A stretch of 64,000 nt of DNA from a virus (Duplodnaviria > Caudoviricetes), in the IMG/VR virus record IMGVR_UViG_3300014204_000183, positions 4,155 through 68,154 of that record; one strand, 5' to 3'. The notes under the pieces are model-generated. The model saw nothing but the letters and a program-made list of their open reading frames with translations. It made no database searches and was not told the origin of the DNA. Position numbers and translations under genes: made by a program. Positions 62,756 through 64,000 of this stretch are shown here, in pieces (position 1 is the stretch's first letter; every line of letters starts with the position of its first letter).

Positions 62756-64000
62756 CTACAGCTCAGCATCACAGGACCAATGGAACCTAATGAGATTATG
62801 GGCTGTCATAGACGCACTCGGTTGGTATAAAGTCGCGCCGTTTTGCATGCCAGATAAAACACCCGCCGTTCGATTTGCCACGAATGCATTCCCTGAGTTA
62901 TATTCCGACACCTGTCCTGTCACTCCATCATTGTTATTATATATAACTGGATTTGACTGGCGAAACTTGGTGGTGTGAAATCCCACCGTTGCGGCGCTGA
63001 AAAATGCCGTCGTTGCGGCACTAGTTTGAATACCATCATTTGCAGCCCCAACTGTCCCCGGGGGCACATCAACATCATAACTTTTCTCGTAGTACCGCTG
63101 GCATAACGCTAACTCCTGGCATGCGGGACGCGGGGACCAAGGTTGTACGACTGAGTCACGAAATAACCCCGCCTCAGAAAATGCCACATGGGCTGATGTA
63201 GCTACAGTATTTTCAGTCCACACAATCACAATGAGATTATTACAACTTGCGCCAATTGTTCCTGTAACAGATAGGGGCGTCCATGTGTTGGCAGCAGTCG
63301 TTACGACCGCCGTCGCCGTCACCGCTAAATTTGACGCTAGAAAAAAGTTTCCCGGCGTGTAGGTTGTGCTCGCCCAATTATTTACAACATCACTTGTTAC
63401 TGCATTGGCAGTACCAGTCCATTCAAGTATCGCAGCATGAAAAATCTGACTATTAACTGATCGCACCTGTACCTGAAAAGTAAGTATACTACCTCGGTGG
63501 GGGACGCTATCAACACCCTCAACAATCTGGACTATTCCAACTCGCCTTGCTGATGCCCCGATTGTATTTTCTATCTTAAGATGTCGCGCGGCAATGTGAG
63601 CGTCTGAAGTGTCCCGCAGCATACCTACCAACCCCGAAGGGGCTGTCACGTCTGTCAGCATGACCCACCGATCTGGGCCGTACACATCATCTGTGTACGA
63701 ACTGCCCGCGGGATCCCAGCGTTGAAACAAGTCAAATCCACCATTTATTAACAGGTTACCTTGTAGACTAGGACCTGAAGGTCCGCTTGGACCACTAGGA
63801 CCTGAAGGACCGCTTGGACCAGTCGGGCCAGTTGCTCCTGAAGGTCCGCTTGGACCACTAGGACCTGAATGACCACTAGGACCTGAAGGACCGCTTGGAC
63901 CAGTTGCTCCTGTCGCACCTGAAGGTCCGCTTGGACCACTAGGACCTGAATGACCACTAGGACCTGAAGGACCGCTTGGACCAGTCGGGCCAGTTGCTCC
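62756..64000 (-). CDS. collagen-like tail fibre protein (5' end beyond window)
   Basis: Open frame from 64000: 26 Gly-X-Y triplets then NLLINGGFDLFQRW and ELALCQRYYE. Confidence 0.85.
   Translation of the reverse strand, partial: GATGPTGPSGPSGPSGHSGPSGPSGPSGATGATGPSGPSGPSGHSGPSGPSGPSGATGPTGPSGPSGPSGPSGPSGPSLQGNLLINGGFDLFQRWDPAGSSYTDDVYGPDRWVMLTDVTAPSGLVGMLRDTSDAHIAARHLKIENTIGASARRVGIVQIVEGVDSVPHRGSILTFQVQVRSVNSQIFHAAILEWTGTANAVTSDVVNNWASTTYTPGNFFLASNLAVTATAVVTTAANTWTPLSVTGTIGASCNNLIVIVWTENTVATSAHVAFSEAGLFRDSVVQPWSPRPACQELALCQRYYEKSYDVDVPPGTVGAANDGIQTSAATTAFFSAATVGFHTTKFRQSNPVIYNNNDGVTGQVSEYNSGNAFVANRTAGVLSGMQNGATLYQPSASMTAHNLIRFHWSCDAEL
63767..64000 (-). repeat. collagen-type 9-bp repeat (GPS/GAT/GHS/GPT)
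   Basis: GGT CCT AGT/TCA tandem units. Confidence 0.9.

Noticed and set aside
63748-63957. ORF MVIQVLVVQADLQ...
   Set aside because: Shadow frame of the collagen repeat; the Gly-X-Y frame is continuous with the fibre gene.

Overview
The window is a segment of a large lytic dsDNA (tailed) phage genome. It has no rRNA, CRISPR array or integrase. Nearly all genes from 57.5 kb down to the left edge are on the minus strand. The left ~25 kb is an accessory/early region of many small genes, driven by ~15 near-consensus promoters (TTGAC[A/T]-N16-TAnnnT); 13 of them have an ATG 6-8 nt after the -10 box, implying leaderless mRNAs. That region holds two amidoligases plus a class II glutamine amidotransferase, Cys-rich tandem paralogues, an unannotated TatA, an HD alarmone-hydrolase-like gene, secreted proteases, a dual-frame C5-methyltransferase lacking its catalytic motif, and a 7-gene family sharing an uncharacterised 'FxGGPP' domain. 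The middle holds nucleotide-metabolism, glycosylation and replication genes (ligase, PolA, intein-containing SNF2 helicase, RNA ligase, GT4/GT41 glycosyltransferases, sugar methyltransferases). A ~1 kb non-coding palindromic region (57520-58551, probable origin) separates ParB from a plus-strand primase-helicase. A collagen-like tail fibre gene enters from the right edge. There are three tRNAs: Asn(GTT), Ile2(CAT) and an initiator-like Met(CAT). A Planctomycetota-like host is inferred from the TatA sequence and secreted gene content; this is not proven. All family assignments come from motif recognition by eye; no database searches were run.
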